Shown here: positions 54,323 through 55,792 of the stretch, piece by piece | Layout: each line of letters opens with the position of its first letter | Position numbering within the stretch: position 1 is the stretch's first letter | DNA from: a virus | Lineage: Duplodnaviria; Caudoviricetes | Direction: 5' to 3' (one strand) | Length of the DNA stretch: 55,792 nt | IMG/VR virus record: IMGVR_UViG_3300032288_001605 | Location: 1 to 55,792 of that record | Translations under genes and position numbers: made by a program | The notes under the pieces: generated by a model | What the model saw: only the letters and a program-made list of their open reading frames with translations | Told to the model about the DNA's origin: nothing | Databases searched by the model: none

Positions 54323-55792
54323 ATGGCTCACATTGCATCGAAGATTCTCGGATTAAGCGCAGATAAACTCCACGCGCTTCATGAGCGCATTCATAAATCT
54401 GAGGCTACTCCAGCGGCTATTGAAGTCCATCATGTCATTCTCAATGAGATGGGTCGTCGTGGAATTGAAAGACCACAAGACGATTGGAACGAGTTCGAAA
54501 TCGTTGTTGATTCCATGGAGGGTGTTGACCTCCTCGAGTTCTCAAAACAATTACCTCAAGAAGTTGTTAAAGATATCGTTCAAAAAACTGGCTCGACTTA
54601 TGGTGACGTAAAGACCGTTCTCACGGTCAACGGCTACGAGATGCGGGTCAGTAAAGAGATTCTCGAAAAGACTATCCGTCATGAAAGCGGCAAGTACGTT
54701 GTTTATAACGAAGCCCTCAGTCGCAAGTTTGGCAGTTACGATACAAAGCAAGAAGCCGAGGAAAGATTGCGTCAGATTGAGCAATTCTCCAAAGCCTCAT
54801 ATTCACCTCCACAAGCCGTCAGGGAAGCCGCTAGACGCGCTCTGGCATGGATTGATGAGGGCAAGGCTGGAAGTGGCTTCACGGGCGTTGGAAGGGCTAG
54901 AGCAAACCAATTAGCGGCGGGCAAGTCGCTATCCCTTGACACCATGAAGCGAATGAAGTCTTTCTTTTCTCGCCATGAAGTGGATAAGAAAGCCCTCGGA
55001 TTCTCCAGAGGGGAAAAGGGATATCCAAGCGCTGGTCGAGTTGCGTGGGATGCGTGGGGCGGAGATGCTGGATTCGCATGGGCTGAAGCCATGGTCGCTG
55101 AATCAGAAAAAGAAGTTTCTAAACATAATCAAGGTCAACATGACCAAAAGACCCATGGAGCATGGGCTGACAATATTGCGAACGATATTTTGGCTGGCAA
55201 ACATCCAGAGGTTGAACCAGAGAATGTTTCAGCGCTATTCATGGGTATGGCAAAACGCCAAGACCATCCAGATATCACTGAGTTAAAAGTTCAAGGCACA
55301 TTGCTATTCGGCGATGAAGGTATGGGCATTGCAAGAAAAGATATGCCACAGATTCCTGCCGAAGAGCGCGACCGATTCCTTGCAGATTTAGCAAAGGATG
55401 GAGTTAAGACAACAGAGGAAAGTATTGACCCGAAGACATTGAAGCCAATCCAAAAGGAAGTTTCAGGTTCTCGTTCTGGAGCAATTTATAACCGTTACCG
55501 TAAGGCTGGAGAGATTCCAGAACAACAAAGAATTTTAGTATCACGCGATGGATTCGTTATTGACGGTCACCATACATGGGGTGCGGCAGTTGCATTCTCA
55601 TTTGATAATCCAAGTGCGACGCTTCCAATCTACAGATTAGATATGGATGCTAAAGAAGCATTAGGTACTTCTCTCGAATGGTCCAAAGCCAATGGTTTTG
55701 AAAGCCAAGCCATTGATGCAAAGAAATCACGAATTCTAGAAACCTTTGAAAAGCACGGCACTCATGACCAAAAGACTCACGGCAATTGGTCA
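54323..55792 (+). CDS. Modular head-associated polyprotein, 3'-truncated (not in ORF track)
   Basis: Open to the window end; modules after Lys: ILEK|TIRHESG..., FSK|ASYSPP...AWDAWGGDAG, VSK|HNQGQHDQKTHGAW + ParB-like (ILVSRDGFVIDGHHTW), FEK|HGTHDQKTHGNW. Confidence 0.8.
   Translation, partial: MAHIASKILGLSADKLHALHERIHKSEATPAAIEVHHVILNEMGRRGIERPQDDWNEFEIVVDSMEGVDLLEFSKQLPQEVVKDIVQKTGSTYGDVKTVLTVNGYEMRVSKEILEKTIRHESGKYVVYNEALSRKFGSYDTKQEAEERLRQIEQFSKASYSPPQAVREAARRALAWIDEGKAGSGFTGVGRARANQLAAGKSLSLDTMKRMKSFFSRHEVDKKALGFSRGEKGYPSAGRVAWDAWGGDAGFAWAEAMVAESEKEVSKHNQGQHDQKTHGAWADNIANDILAGKHPEVEPENVSALFMGMAKRQDHPDITELKVQGTLLFGDEGMGIARKDMPQIPAEERDRFLADLAKDGVKTTEESIDPKTLKPIQKEVSGSRSGAIYNRYRKAGEIPEQQRILVSRDGFVIDGHHTWGAAVAFSFDNPSATLPIYRLDMDAKEALGTSLEWSKANGFESQAIDAKKSRILETFEKHGTHDQKTHGNWS

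Larger units (their letters stand above)
50868..55789 (+). repeat. Six copies of peptide tag K-H-x(2-4)-HDQ-x-x-HG(N/A)W
   Basis: At about 50868, 51652, 52352, 52949, 55121 and 55751, in four different ORFs. Confidence 0.9.

Noticed and set aside
54381-55286. Short ORFs listed near the window end
   Set aside because: Shadows of the long open frame starting at 54323, which runs off the window
1-55792. Alternative genetic code or stop-codon reassignment
   Set aside because: Core genes are intact and densely packed under the standard code, and all three stop codons are used

Overview
This window is most of a circularly permuted tailed-phage genome (siphovirus-like). The host is probably an actinobacterium, judged from two WhiB genes, an actinobacterial-type SSB, GAAAGG-type ribosome-binding sites and a perfect actinobacterial LexA box. 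It starts inside the major capsid gene and runs through collagen-like fibres, a reverse-strand glycan-enzyme cassette, neck and tail genes, lysis, recombination/replication, a Mom-like DNA-modification gene and the terminase. About 13 kb of early/accessory genes then separate TerL from the portal, followed by MuF and a set of probable capsid-packaged effectors. It ends inside a modular polyprotein. Main observations: (1) a non-canonical tRNA-Gly-like element (31167-31242) overlaps the start of the Mom-like gene; (2) a four-hairpin candidate sRNA (45686-45869) has loops complementary to the phage's own Shine-Dalgarno sequences; (3) six copies of a K-H-x(2-4)-HDQxxHG(N/A)W tag precede different effector domains downstream of MuF; (4) ten conserved cassette promoters carry an AAC-N4-GTT spacer palindrome, and one perfect SOS box sits among them; (5) an HDAC-family deacetylase lies next to a proteasome/HslV-like Ntn hydrolase. 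All calls come from motif recognition by eye. No searches or folding programs were run.
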